Origin: Dehalococcoidia bacterium
Lineage (GTDB): Bacteria; Chloroflexota; Dehalococcoidia; SHYB01
Length of the DNA: 64,000 nt
Assembly (NCBI GenBank): GCA_965220155.1
Contig: OZ244810.1
Location: 3,445,298-3,509,297, forward strand
Direction of reading: 5' to 3'
The notes beneath the pieces were generated by a model. That model was not told the origin of the DNA, searched no databases, and saw only the letters and a list, made by a program, of their open reading frames with translations. Position 1 is the stretch's first letter. The number at the start of each line of letters is the position of its first letter. Positions 47,536-56,414 of the stretch are shown here, piece by piece. A program made the position numbers and the translations under genes.

Positions 47536-48078
47536 ATGAAGCTCGTCGACCCGACGATCGGCGTCAGCGCGGCCACCGGGCTGCTCGCAACCAGGGTGGA
47601 GACGCTGGACGACAAAGTCGTTGGCTTCATTTGCAACGGCTACCCCGGAGCGGAGCGCTTCCTGAGACGGGTCGATGAGATCGTCTCGGAAAAGTACAAG
47701 CTTCGGGGCAAGGTGTGGCACATCAAGGACTACATCGGCGAGCCCGCCAAGCCGCACATCCAGGAGGACGTCATCGCCAACTGCGACGTCATCATCACCG
47801 GCCTGGGCGCTTGAGGGTCATGCTGTTCGGCCGTTGCGGCCGAAGCGATTACCCTGGAAGGACACGGCAAGCCGGTAGCAGCTTTCGCGGTGGACACCTT
47901 CGCCAGGACGGTCGGGAAGGCGATGGCCCGACTCCACAGCTTCCCAAACTATCCCCTGGTGGAGATCCCGGCGCCCTTCTTCGAAAGCACGGCGCCTTCC
48001 GACTCCGATTTCGAGACAAAATCGCTGGCCGCAGTCGCCAAGGCGGAGGAGCTCCTCTTTGGCGGGAAACTGGAGTAG
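47536..48078 (+). CDS. UGSC-motif selenoprotein; in-frame TGA at 47812-47814 read as selenocysteine
   Basis: ORF ends ...ITGLGA-TGA then same frame continues GSCCSAVAAE... to TAG 48076-48078. Homologous to the 5514 gene across the TGA. RBS AAAGGAGG. Confidence 0.75.
47826..47844 (+). other. Putative SECIS-like stem-loop downstream of UGA
   Basis: Perfect 7-bp stem uucggcc/ggccgaa with 5-nt loop guugc, starting 12 nt after UGA. Confidence 0.6.
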
Positions 48079-48087
48079 CCCCCCATT

Positions 48088-48149
48088 CGGTTAGGGCCAA
48101 CAAAGGAGTCAGGCCTAACCGAAACGCCAGGTAGCCTGGCGTTTCGGTT
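48088..48149 (+). terminator. Two consecutive strong hairpins after UGSC gene (terminator-like, no U-tract)
   Basis: cggttagggcc/ggcctaaccg with 13-nt loop, then perfect 15-bp stem aaccgaaacgccagg/cctggcgtttcggtt with 3-nt loop. Confidence 0.5.
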
Positions 48150-48205
48150 ACCGTTGCGGCACACCCCGGTTGTGCTCTCGAACGAGCGTCTCTGATACGC
48201 GGGCC

Positions 48206-49159
48206 ATGCGGACTCGGACCTTCGGAAGGCTTGGCGATGTCAGCGCCCTTACGCTCGGGGGCGGCGGTATCGGCCAGGTGTGGGGGGAGACCACTCGCGA
48301 GGAATGCGTCGCCACCGTTCGAGAGGCTATCGATTCGGGCATCAGCTTCCTCGACGTGGCCCCATCCTACGGCAATGGGGAAGCAGAGGCGGTGGTCGGT
48401 GAGGCCTTCGACGGCAGACTCCCAGACGGCGTCCGGGTATCCACCAAGTGCCACGTAGGCGCCATCGCACCCGGTGAGGTGCTTTCCCATCTGGAGGGGA
48501 GTCTCGATGAGAGTCTGCGTCTCCTGCGGCTAGAGAGGGTGGACCTCTTCATCCTTCATGGGAACCTGGTCCCGAGCGGCGCCGCCGGCGGTACGCGCCA
48601 GACCCCGATAGGACTGTTCTTCAACGCCGTGCGCCCGGCCTTCGAGCGATTGGTAGAGCGGGGCCGGATCGGGGCGTGGGGGATCTCCGGTATTGGCGAG
48701 CCCGGGGCGGTCCTCGAGGCGCTCCAGACGGACCCGGCCCCATGGGCGGTGCAGGCCATCAGCAACCTCCTCGATTCTCCCGGGGGGACCCAGCGCTTCG
48801 ACGGACCAGCGCAGCCTCGGAACATCATCGCTATGGCCAGCGAGCGGGGTGTGGGCGTCATGGGTATTCGGGCCGTCCAAGCCGGAGCTCTGACCGATCG
48901 CATCGACCGCGACCTCCCGGCGGAGCACCCGGAGACGGTGGACTTTCGCCGCGCCATGCCCTTTCGCGAGCTGGCCAGGAAGGTGGGTGAGTCGCCGGCA
49001 TCCCTCGCTCATCGCTATGCGCTAGCCATGAACGGCGTTTCAACAGTCGTCCTCGGGGTCAAGAACCGGGCCGAGCTCCGGGAATGCGTCGCGGCCGAGG
49101 AGCGAGGCCCCCTCGAGCAAGAGCTGATATCGGCGATCGACGAGGCGGCGGGACGCTAG
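48206..49159 (+). CDS. Aldo/keto reductase
   Basis: GGGGIG..SFLDVAPSYGNGEAE motifs; start ATG 48206. Confidence 0.85.
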   Translation: MRTRTFGRLGDVSALTLGGGGIGQVWGETTREECVATVREAIDSGISFLDVAPSYGNGEAEAVVGEAFDGRLPDGVRVSTKCHVGAIAPGEVLSHLEGSLDESLRLLRLERVDLFILHGNLVPSGAAGGTRQTPIGLFFNAVRPAFERLVERGRIGAWGISGIGEPGAVLEALQTDPAPWAVQAISNLLDSPGGTQRFDGPAQPRNIIAMASERGVGVMGIRAVQAGALTDRIDRDLPAEHPETVDFRRAMPFRELARKVGESPASLAHRYALAMNGVSTVVLGVKNRAELRECVAAEERGPLEQELISAIDEAAGR

Positions 49160-49232
49160 CAGCCGGCCCGCGCTTCGCGCAACAGCTGTCGCTTGGCTCC
49201 ACCGGGAGGCAGGCGCGATCATTCGACAGGGC

Positions 49233-49342
49233 CCCCGATGCGGCATGATTCCCGACCCGGTAGACTACGACACGTCCAGTTTGTAGATCGCGCGGGCCTT
49301 GAGTCCCCGATGCGGCGCGATTCCCGGCCCGGTAAACTACCC
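49233..49342. repeat. Two copies of about 37-bp direct repeat ((c/t)ccccgatgcggc(a/g)(t/c)gattcccg(a/g)cccggta(g/a)actac) upstream of isomerase gene
   Basis: Read directly; possible operator sites. Confidence 0.5.
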
Positions 49343-49361
49343 CGTCAAAGGGAGGTGACCG

Positions 49362-50171
49362 ATGCGCACACTTTCCGTGCATGAACTGACCTTCGCCCCT
49401 GAGCTGCCGCTGCAGGATGCCGTGGAGCAGACGGCGCGGGCCGGCATCAGGGCTATTGGGCTCAGCGGACCAAAGGTGGACGAGTACGGCTTCGACCGGG
49501 CCAAGCGGCTGATCAGGGATGCAGGGCTCGAGGTCTCGGGACACACGGGCCTTGGGTTCTGGACGCTGCCCGGCGACCATGCCCCAATGGTCGAAACGGG
49601 CAAGCGGGTGATCGACGAAGCGGCCGAGCTCGAGGCGGATTTCGTCCTGGTGAAGACGGGGCCCAGGGGCAACCTCACCTTGGCCGAGGCCAGGGCCCGC
49701 TTCTTGGACGGGGTGCGCCAGCTAGCCGGAAGAGCCCTGGAATCCAACGTCGACCTGGCCCTCGAGCCCTCCCACCCGATGTTCGCCTTCTTCTCCATCG
49801 TCTACACCCTGCGGGACGCCCTGGACCTTGCGGCGGAGGTCGAGGGCATGGGCGTCATTCTGGACACTTTCCACTCCTGGTGGGACCCCAGGCTGCCCGA
49901 TGATATTCGAAAGGACATCGATCGGATTTACAACGTCCAGCTCAGCGATTACGGCAGGACCGACGAGCCGGTGCGGCTGTCCGGCGGAGGCGGTCGCTTC
50001 CCTCTCGGCGAGGGCCTGATCCCGCTTCGGGAGATCATGCACGACCTCGACGACGCCGGCTACGCCCGGAACTATGACCTGGAGATCATCGGAGACTTCT
50101 CGCCGGAGCGGCGCAGGACCTTGCTGGCCGACTCCAAGAGGTATTTCGACGCCCTCTGGGAAGGGCGGTAG
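49362..50171 (+). CDS. Sugar phosphate isomerase/epimerase (xylose isomerase-like TIM barrel)
   Basis: Family-typical N-terminus and length; GGAGGTGA RBS. Confidence 0.75.
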   Translation: MRTLSVHELTFAPELPLQDAVEQTARAGIRAIGLSGPKVDEYGFDRAKRLIRDAGLEVSGHTGLGFWTLPGDHAPMVETGKRVIDEAAELEADFVLVKTGPRGNLTLAEARARFLDGVRQLAGRALESNVDLALEPSHPMFAFFSIVYTLRDALDLAAEVEGMGVILDTFHSWWDPRLPDDIRKDIDRIYNVQLSDYGRTDEPVRLSGGGGRFPLGEGLIPLREIMHDLDDAGYARNYDLEIIGDFSPERRRTLLADSKRYFDALWEGR

Positions 50172-50240
50172 CCGTGCGATTGTTTCCGTAGCGCATCTGC
50201 TCCCGTAGAGGGAGTTGGGCGAGGGCGATCGATCTTTCTC

Positions 50241-51374
50241 TCAGTCCTTCAGGGCCGGGATGACCTCTTTCCCGTACAGCTCCAGGGAGCGCATGGTGTC
50301 CTTGTGGGAAAGGGGCCCGCTCTGGGCCTCGAGTAACAACGACCCGATGCCCAGCCTTTCCTTGACATAACGCAGCTTCTTGATCACGGTATCCGGGCTG
50401 CCCACCACCAGGTGGTAGTTCTCCTGCAGCTCCTCGTAGGTCTGCTCCGACGTCCCCCTGCGCCGCCGGGGGGGCGGGGCGCCGGGCGGCGGAAGGGCGA
50501 CGTAGCCTGGAGGGGACATGTACTCCCTGGGCGCCCTGGTGGGGTAGTTCGTCCTCCAGAGGATCGCCTTCCCCGCCTCCTGCGCCTTTTCATCGGTGTC
50601 GTTCACGTGGCAGCAGATCATGAAAGCGAACTTCTCCGGCCCAGGCTCCCATCCATCGGCGGCCGCAAAGGCCCGGTACTTGCCGAACAGGTCCTCCGCC
50701 ACGTCGAGCGGCGTGAGGAAAGCCGCATACGTATAGCGGTATTTTGCCGCCCATTCGATCGTCTCGGTGCTTCCGGTCCCCGGGGTCCACACGGGGGGAT
50801 GGGGTTTCTGCAGCGGCAGCACCCACGGGTTCACCGTCCGGAAGTGATAGTGTTTGCCTTCCCAGCGGAACGGCCCCGGCTCGGTCCATGTCTTGATGAT
50901 CAGGTCGTGGGCCTCCTCGAAACGCTCCCGGTTGTGGACGGGGTTGGTGTTGTTGGCCCAGCTCTCCACGCCGATGCCGCGCACCACCCCGGAAATGATC
51001 CGTCCCTGGGAGATCACGTCCACCATCGCGATCTCTTCGGCCAAGCGCGGCGGGTTGTCGCTGACCGGGAGCATGTTTCCCAGCATGAGGATCTTCGCGT
51101 TCCTGGTGGTGCGCGCCAGAATCCCCGCGCTGATGTTCACCTCGACGTCCATGCAGGATGGCGTGTTGTGATGCTCGTTGATCATGAGTCCGTCGAAGCC
51201 CACCTCGTCCGCGAACTGGTACTCGTCGAAGTACCGCTTGAACAGGTCGCTGGCCTTGGCGGCGTCGAAATAGGTGTTGGGGAAGGTGAGGCGCATCGCG
51301 GGGAATTTTTCCGCTTCGGACTCCGGGAACTCGGCGTAGGGCATCTCCGTGAAGTAGTAGACGTCTAATGGCAT
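50241..51374 (-). CDS. LLM-class flavin/F420-dependent oxidoreductase
   Basis: VGFDGLMINEHH motif, about 377 aa. Confidence 0.8.
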   Translation of the reverse strand: MPLDVYYFTEMPYAEFPESEAEKFPAMRLTFPNTYFDAAKASDLFKRYFDEYQFADEVGFDGLMINEHHNTPSCMDVEVNISAGILARTTRNAKILMLGNMLPVSDNPPRLAEEIAMVDVISQGRIISGVVRGIGVESWANNTNPVHNRERFEEAHDLIIKTWTEPGPFRWEGKHYHFRTVNPWVLPLQKPHPPVWTPGTGSTETIEWAAKYRYTYAAFLTPLDVAEDLFGKYRAFAAADGWEPGPEKFAFMICCHVNDTDEKAQEAGKAILWRTNYPTRAPREYMSPPGYVALPPPGAPPPRRRRGTSEQTYEELQENYHLVVGSPDTVIKKLRYVKERLGIGSLLLEAQSGPLSHKDTMRSLELYGKEVIPALKD

Positions 51375-51404
51375 GGGGGTCCTCCGGGGGCGACGAAGCC
51401 GGTC

Positions 51405-52190
51405 CTAGGCAAGAAAGTCCAGGGCGAGTTTGACGAATTCCTCGGGCTTTTCGATCTGGGGGCTATGCCCGCAATTCTCGATGGTGACGAGGTCCGAGCC
51501 GGGGATGGCTTGCCGGTACAGGTCGCCGCACTCCACCGGTATCAGCCGGTCCTGCCGCCCCCACACCATCCTGACGGGGATCCTCACGCGGCCCAGACGG
51601 GGGGGCAGCGTGGGGTCGAACATGTAGGGCTTCCAGCAGAGGCGCACGGCCATCTCGCGGTTTCGCTCCACGAAATAGCGTTCCTCCGGCGTGGGGTCCC
51701 CACCGTAGAGCTGGTCGTATTCCGGCGCCTGCGCGGGATCGTGGAAGATGAGCTGGTTCACCGCGGCGGGAGGGATGAGGAAGATGTCGGTAATCTCTCC
51801 TTCCCGGGGCTGCACCCCCGCCGCCCCGACCAGCATCAGCTTGCGGAAGGCGTGCCGGCACACCGTCGCGACCTCAGCCGCCAGCCAACCGCCCATCGAA
51901 AAGCCGATGGCGCGGGACCCCTCGAGGCCCTGGTCTTCCAGGAACCAGGTGTAGAAGCTGGCCAAGTCGTGCATCGTCTCGAGCCAATCGGGCCGCTCCG
52001 ACTTGTCGAAGCCGGGGTGCGACGGCATGTAGACGGTATAGTGCTCCGCCAGGGACCGGGCAAAGGATACGGCCCCCCGGTTCCCCCCGGCGCCGTGGAG
52101 CAGCACAAGCGGCTCCCCGGACCCTCCTTTGAACACTTGGATCTCGGCTCCGCCCACATTCGCAAAGTCCTCGGTGAACGCTACCGTCAT
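51405..52190 (-). CDS. Alpha/beta hydrolase (meta-cleavage-product hydrolase-like)
   Basis: HG oxyanion motif LVLLHGAGGN, nucleophile elbow GFSMGG. Confidence 0.8.
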   Translation of the reverse strand: MTVAFTEDFANVGGAEIQVFKGGSGEPLVLLHGAGGNRGAVSFARSLAEHYTVYMPSHPGFDKSERPDWLETMHDLASFYTWFLEDQGLEGSRAIGFSMGGWLAAEVATVCRHAFRKLMLVGAAGVQPREGEITDIFLIPPAAVNQLIFHDPAQAPEYDQLYGGDPTPEERYFVERNREMAVRLCWKPYMFDPTLPPRLGRVRIPVRMVWGRQDRLIPVECGDLYRQAIPGSDLVTIENCGHSPQIEKPEEFVKLALDFLA

Positions 52191-52287
52191 CTGGGGCCCT
52201 CCGGAAGTCTGGAGCCAAGTCTAGCACGACCTCTTGTCGATGCCGGTATGCTGGGCCTTTTCATTACCGGAAATGAGGAGAACGACC

Positions 52288-53391
52288 ATGATGAATGGGT
52301 CCCCGCTGATTTCCTCGGACTCCCACGTCATCGAGCCGCCGGAGACCTGGACCGAGAGGATCGACCCCAGGTACCGTGACCGCGCCCCGCGCCTGGTCGC
52401 CGAGGAGGCGGCGGACTGGTGGCACGCGGAGGACTTGCGCCTGATCTCGTTCATCGGCGGGATCCAACCCGGGCTGCGGTTCGAGGAGCCCGAAAAGATG
52501 CGCAGGGAGGGCCGTTTCGATGAGGTGTGGAAGGGCGCCTACCTGCCGCAGGAGCGCGTCAAGGACATGGACGCCGACGGGGTAGACGTCGACATCCTGT
52601 ACCCCACGGTGTCCCTTCTCATCTACGGGATCAGGGAGACCGGCTACCTCACCGCGGTCTGCGACGGCTACAACCGGTGGCTTGCGGAGTTCTGCGGCGC
52701 CTACCCGGACCGACTGAAGGGCATCGCCGTCATCAACATCGACGACGTGGAGTCCGGGGTCCGGCAGCTCGAACAGGCCGCCCGCCTGGGTCTGGTCGGT
52801 GCGATGGTCCCCGCATATCAACCGGACGAAAGCGGGTACCACTCCCCGGCCTACGACCCGTTGTGGGCCGCGGCGCAGGATATGAAGGTCCCTCTGAGCT
52901 TGCACGTCGCAACGAACCGGCCCGACCCTACCCGCGGCTTCGCGACCCCGGCGACTTCAGCCGTCCTCGAGTACTGGGCCGAAGTCTCGATCGCCAACAT
53001 GGTCCTGTCGGGCGTGTTCGAGCGCTTCCCAGGGCTCAACGTCGTTTCCGTGGAGCACGAGGCCGCCTGGGCGGCCCACTTCCAGCGGCAGCTCGACTAC
53101 GTGTACACGCAGAGAGTGCGCCGCGAGGACTGGCCGAGGTACTCAGACGCCAGGCTGCCCTCCGATTTCTTCAAGAGCAACGTGCTGATCAGCTTCCAGG
53201 AGGACGGTCTGGCCATCGAGCTGCGGGATAGGATCGGCGTCGAGACCCTCATGTGGGGGTCCGACTATCCGCATGCCGAAAGCACGTTTCCGAAGACCCA
53301 AGAGATCCTGGCCGACATTCTCTCGGACGTCCCGGACGGTGAACGGGCGATGATCGTCGGCGGAAACGCCGCCAGGGTCTACGGGATGTGA
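52288..53391 (+). CDS. Amidohydrolase-2 (PF04909) family hydrolase
   Basis: LISSDSHVIEP N-terminal motif; start ATG 52288 with GGAGA RBS. Confidence 0.8.
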   Translation: MMNGSPLISSDSHVIEPPETWTERIDPRYRDRAPRLVAEEAADWWHAEDLRLISFIGGIQPGLRFEEPEKMRREGRFDEVWKGAYLPQERVKDMDADGVDVDILYPTVSLLIYGIRETGYLTAVCDGYNRWLAEFCGAYPDRLKGIAVINIDDVESGVRQLEQAARLGLVGAMVPAYQPDESGYHSPAYDPLWAAAQDMKVPLSLHVATNRPDPTRGFATPATSAVLEYWAEVSIANMVLSGVFERFPGLNVVSVEHEAAWAAHFQRQLDYVYTQRVRREDWPRYSDARLPSDFFKSNVLISFQEDGLAIELRDRIGVETLMWGSDYPHAESTFPKTQEILADILSDVPDGERAMIVGGNAARVYGM

Positions 53392-53599
53392 CGGACTCAC
53401 GAGGCTGGGGCGATGGGCGCTAGCCTGTGTCAACACTAAAGCTTGGCGCCGAAAACTCCGGACCTGTCATTGCTATGAAAATGGGCACCGTCGCGCCGCT
53501 GTTTCGTAGGCGCGGGTTTGAAACCCGCCTCCCGGCCCGTCGTTCCCCGCCTCCGGCCTTGTCCTGGACCGCCGCCGATTTTCATCCCCTTACGTGGCC

Positions 53600-53790
53600 T
53601 TCACAAGGCCATAGTGATTCCGAACGCAGTGAGGAATCTAGGGGGTCTCGCTCGGAATCATGGTGCAACTCGACTGACGGTCCTCTCCTTTGGGGCGTTG
53701 CGTTTCTAGTGGTCCAAGTTTGGGTGCAAGGGTCTTAGATTTCTCACTACGCTGCGCTACGTTCGAAATGACATGTTCGGGGGCTGCTAG
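53600..53790. repeat. Degenerate MITE-related element containing an inverted duplication of the repeat core (attccga..gaggaatctag / cttagatttctc..cgaaatgacat)
   Basis: Partial similarity to core of copies A-C in both orientations. Confidence 0.35.
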
Positions 53791-54416
53791 TCGCCGGTCC
53801 ACTCCACCCCCCAGGCCTGGGCGATCCGCTCCGCCGACGTGAGCACCGCCATGTTCCGAAGGGTATACCGGATGAGGGCCTCGGCGTATTCCGGAGGGTC
53901 CGACGCCGCACAGTCGGTGGGAAGGACCACCGTGTAGCCGCGGTTGACCGCTTCGATGGTCATGCCGTTCACCGCGATGTTCAAGGAGACGCCCGTGGGC
54001 ACGACCGTCCTGATCCCCATTGCTCTGAGCTCGTCGTGCAGCCCCGACTCGTAGAAGGCGGTCATGCCGTAGGCCCTCTGCGAGACCAGGTCCGAGGGGT
54101 GGGGCGTCAGCTCCGGGACGATGGGCCCGGGACCTGCCGAGGGGGCAGCGCCGCCTCCCTCGCCGCCCCTGAATCGTCTGAAGCCGCTGCCGACCCGGCT
54201 CGCGGTGCGCCCCTGGACCGTGCAATGGACCACCTGGGCGCCGGCGGCCCGAGCGCACTCCAAGAGCTTCGCCAGCCGAGGCAGCATTCCGCTGTCCAAG
54301 ACCGACTGCCGGAGGCCCGGCAAGCCGCCTTTCTCCCCAATGATCCCTTCCTGGCACTCGCTTATTAGGACTGCCGTCTCCGATGGTTTCAGCATCTCGT
54401 CGATAGCTACAGGCAT
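53787..54416 (-). CDS. Isochorismatase-family cysteine hydrolase
   Basis: Family-typical length and motif layout. Confidence 0.75.
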   Translation of the reverse strand: MPVAIDEMLKPSETAVLISECQEGIIGEKGGLPGLRQSVLDSGMLPRLAKLLECARAAGAQVVHCTVQGRTASRVGSGFRRFRGGEGGGAAPSAGPGPIVPELTPHPSDLVSQRAYGMTAFYESGLHDELRAMGIRTVVPTGVSLNIAVNGMTIEAVNRGYTVVLPTDCAASDPPEYAEALIRYTLRNMAVLTSAERIAQAWGVEWTGD

Positions 54417-54475
54417 CCTGGCGCTTCCTCACTGCTTCGCAGAGCTGGGTAGGGGGATTATACCGTGAGGCCGTC

Positions 54476-55411
54476 CTACGCCTGGCGGCCGGCAAGCCGC
54501 CGCTCGAAGGTGATGGTGTCCAGGATCCTCTGGGCCAGTGGAGGGTGTTCGAACCCCAGCTCCGTCTTTACGCGCTCCGGGTCCACCAGCCGAATCAGGT
54601 CGTAGACCCGACCTTCCTCCGGGTCGAAGCCGATGTCGGCGTCCGGGATGAACTCTCTCGTGATGTCCGCGATCTCCTGGAACGTGGCGACCTGGCCGCC
54701 GCTGAGGTAGGCGGGGTAGCGAATCGACGGGGCCTGGGAAAGGCGGAAAAAGATCTCAGCCACGTCCTCGACGTGGACCAGCAGGAACGGGACGTTCGGA
54801 TCGGAGCGGACGGTCACGGGCTTGCCCAGGGCCGCATCGGCGACCATATGGCTGGCGCCCACGGGACCGAACCGACGGGGGGCGGCTCCCCAGACGTAGG
54901 CGGGCCGTACGGCGGCCATGCTCATCCCGTAGCGCTCGGCGTACTGGCCCGCGACGACCTCGTTGAACTGCTTGGCCCAGCCGTACAGGCTGTTGGGATA
55001 GCCGGGGTCGTCCTCCGAAACGACCGTCTGGTCCCCGTAGGCCCGCTGCGGCCCGTGCCGGGCGATGGAGCTGGCGTAGAGCACTCTCCGGACGCCCGTC
55101 AGGCGCGCCGCCTCGAAGGCGTTGTTCATCCCCATCACGTCGATGCGGACGGCCTCCTGCGGAGGAGCGTCGGTCCTCAGCACGTAGGCCATGTTGATCA
55201 CCTGGTCGACGCCGTTTTCGGTGATGGCGGCGATGATGTCGTCGACGTGGGTGATATCCCCCTGCACGAACCGGTACCGGCCGGCCAGGTCGTCGAGGCG
55301 GAAGGTATTCGGGCTGCTATCGAAACACACCGGCTCCTGCCCGGCTTGGACGAGCCGGCGCACGATCCTCGACCCTATGAAGCCTGTACCGCCAATCACG
55401 AGGACTGTCAT
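54476..55411 (-). CDS. NAD-dependent epimerase/dehydratase (SDR extended family)
   Basis: N-terminal VLVIGGTGFIGSRIV Rossmann motif. Confidence 0.8.
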   Translation of the reverse strand: MTVLVIGGTGFIGSRIVRRLVQAGQEPVCFDSSPNTFRLDDLAGRYRFVQGDITHVDDIIAAITENGVDQVINMAYVLRTDAPPQEAVRIDVMGMNNAFEAARLTGVRRVLYASSIARHGPQRAYGDQTVVSEDDPGYPNSLYGWAKQFNEVVAGQYAERYGMSMAAVRPAYVWGAAPRRFGPVGASHMVADAALGKPVTVRSDPNVPFLLVHVEDVAEIFFRLSQAPSIRYPAYLSGGQVATFQEIADITREFIPDADIGFDPEEGRVYDLIRLVDPERVKTELGFEHPPLAQRILDTITFERRLAGRQA

Positions 55412-55531
55412 CTTTCCGCCTCCGGAGTGTGTCGGGTTGCGCGACAGCTATACCGTACGCTGACGCATCAAGGGCCCAGACCGTATACTGGCGTCTCTGA
55501 AGCGGTCCACCAGCGGAAGGAGCAAGCCAGG

Positions 55532-56383
55532 GTGAAAACCGGCATTTTCGTTTTCCATACCGACACGTCCCTCGACCCGGCCATCCTCGCCAGGAGAGCC
55601 GAGGAGCTGGGCTTCGATTCGTTCTGGGTCCCCGAGCATACCATTATTCCCGCGCACACCACGTCGCCTCACCGCGGCTCGGCGGACGGCTCGATCCCGG
55701 AGCCCTACTATCGGATCACAGACCCCTTCGTCGCGCTGGCGCGGGCCTCGGGGGCCACGAAGACGATCAAGCTTGGGACTGGGATATGCCTCGTGCCGGA
55801 GCGGAACCCCCTGGTGCTCGCCAAAGAGGTCGCGACGCTGGACCAACTCTCGGGGGGCCGGTTCATCTTCGGGATTGGGGCTGGATGGCTCAGGGAAGAG
55901 TCGGAGATCCTGGGGGGCGACTTTCCCCGCCGGTGGAGCCAGACTCGTGAAGCCGTCCTGGCGATGAAGGAGCTGTGGACGAAGGAGCCCGCGGAACATC
56001 ACGGCAAGTACTACGATTTCCCGCCCGTCCACTCTCGCCCGAAGCCGGCGCAAAAGCCCCACCCGCCCATCTACCTGGGCAGCACGGACAAGAAGGTCCT
56101 CGAACGGATCGCGGAATGGGGGGATGGATGGATGCCCATCCGGGTCACGATGGAGGACCTGAAGCGCGGCCGGGGGACCCTCGATGAGCTGGCTGCCGCC
56201 GGGGGCCGGGACCCTCGGTCGATCAAGATCCTGGCCTTCGGGGGCTCCGGACAGTACCGGGACCGCAAGAGCCTCGGCGAGCTCGAGGAGGCCGGCGTCG
56301 ATCAGGTGACCGTCTGGCTCGAGCAGACGGAGGGGGACGCAGCCCTGGCGGAGATGGAGCAGGTCGCCGGCCAGGTCCTCTGA
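55532..56383 (+). CDS. LLM-class F420-dependent oxidoreductase
   Basis: GFDSFWVPEH motif; GTG start 55532 with GGAAGGAG RBS (internal to longer ORF). Confidence 0.75.
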   Translation: MKTGIFVFHTDTSLDPAILARRAEELGFDSFWVPEHTIIPAHTTSPHRGSADGSIPEPYYRITDPFVALARASGATKTIKLGTGICLVPERNPLVLAKEVATLDQLSGGRFIFGIGAGWLREESEILGGDFPRRWSQTREAVLAMKELWTKEPAEHHGKYYDFPPVHSRPKPAQKPHPPIYLGSTDKKVLERIAEWGDGWMPIRVTMEDLKRGRGTLDELAAAGGRDPRSIKILAFGGSGQYRDRKSLGELEEAGVDQVTVWLEQTEGDAALAEMEQVAGQVL

Positions 56384-56414
56384 CGGCCCGTCTTCCGGGG
56401 CCACCATCAAGCTA

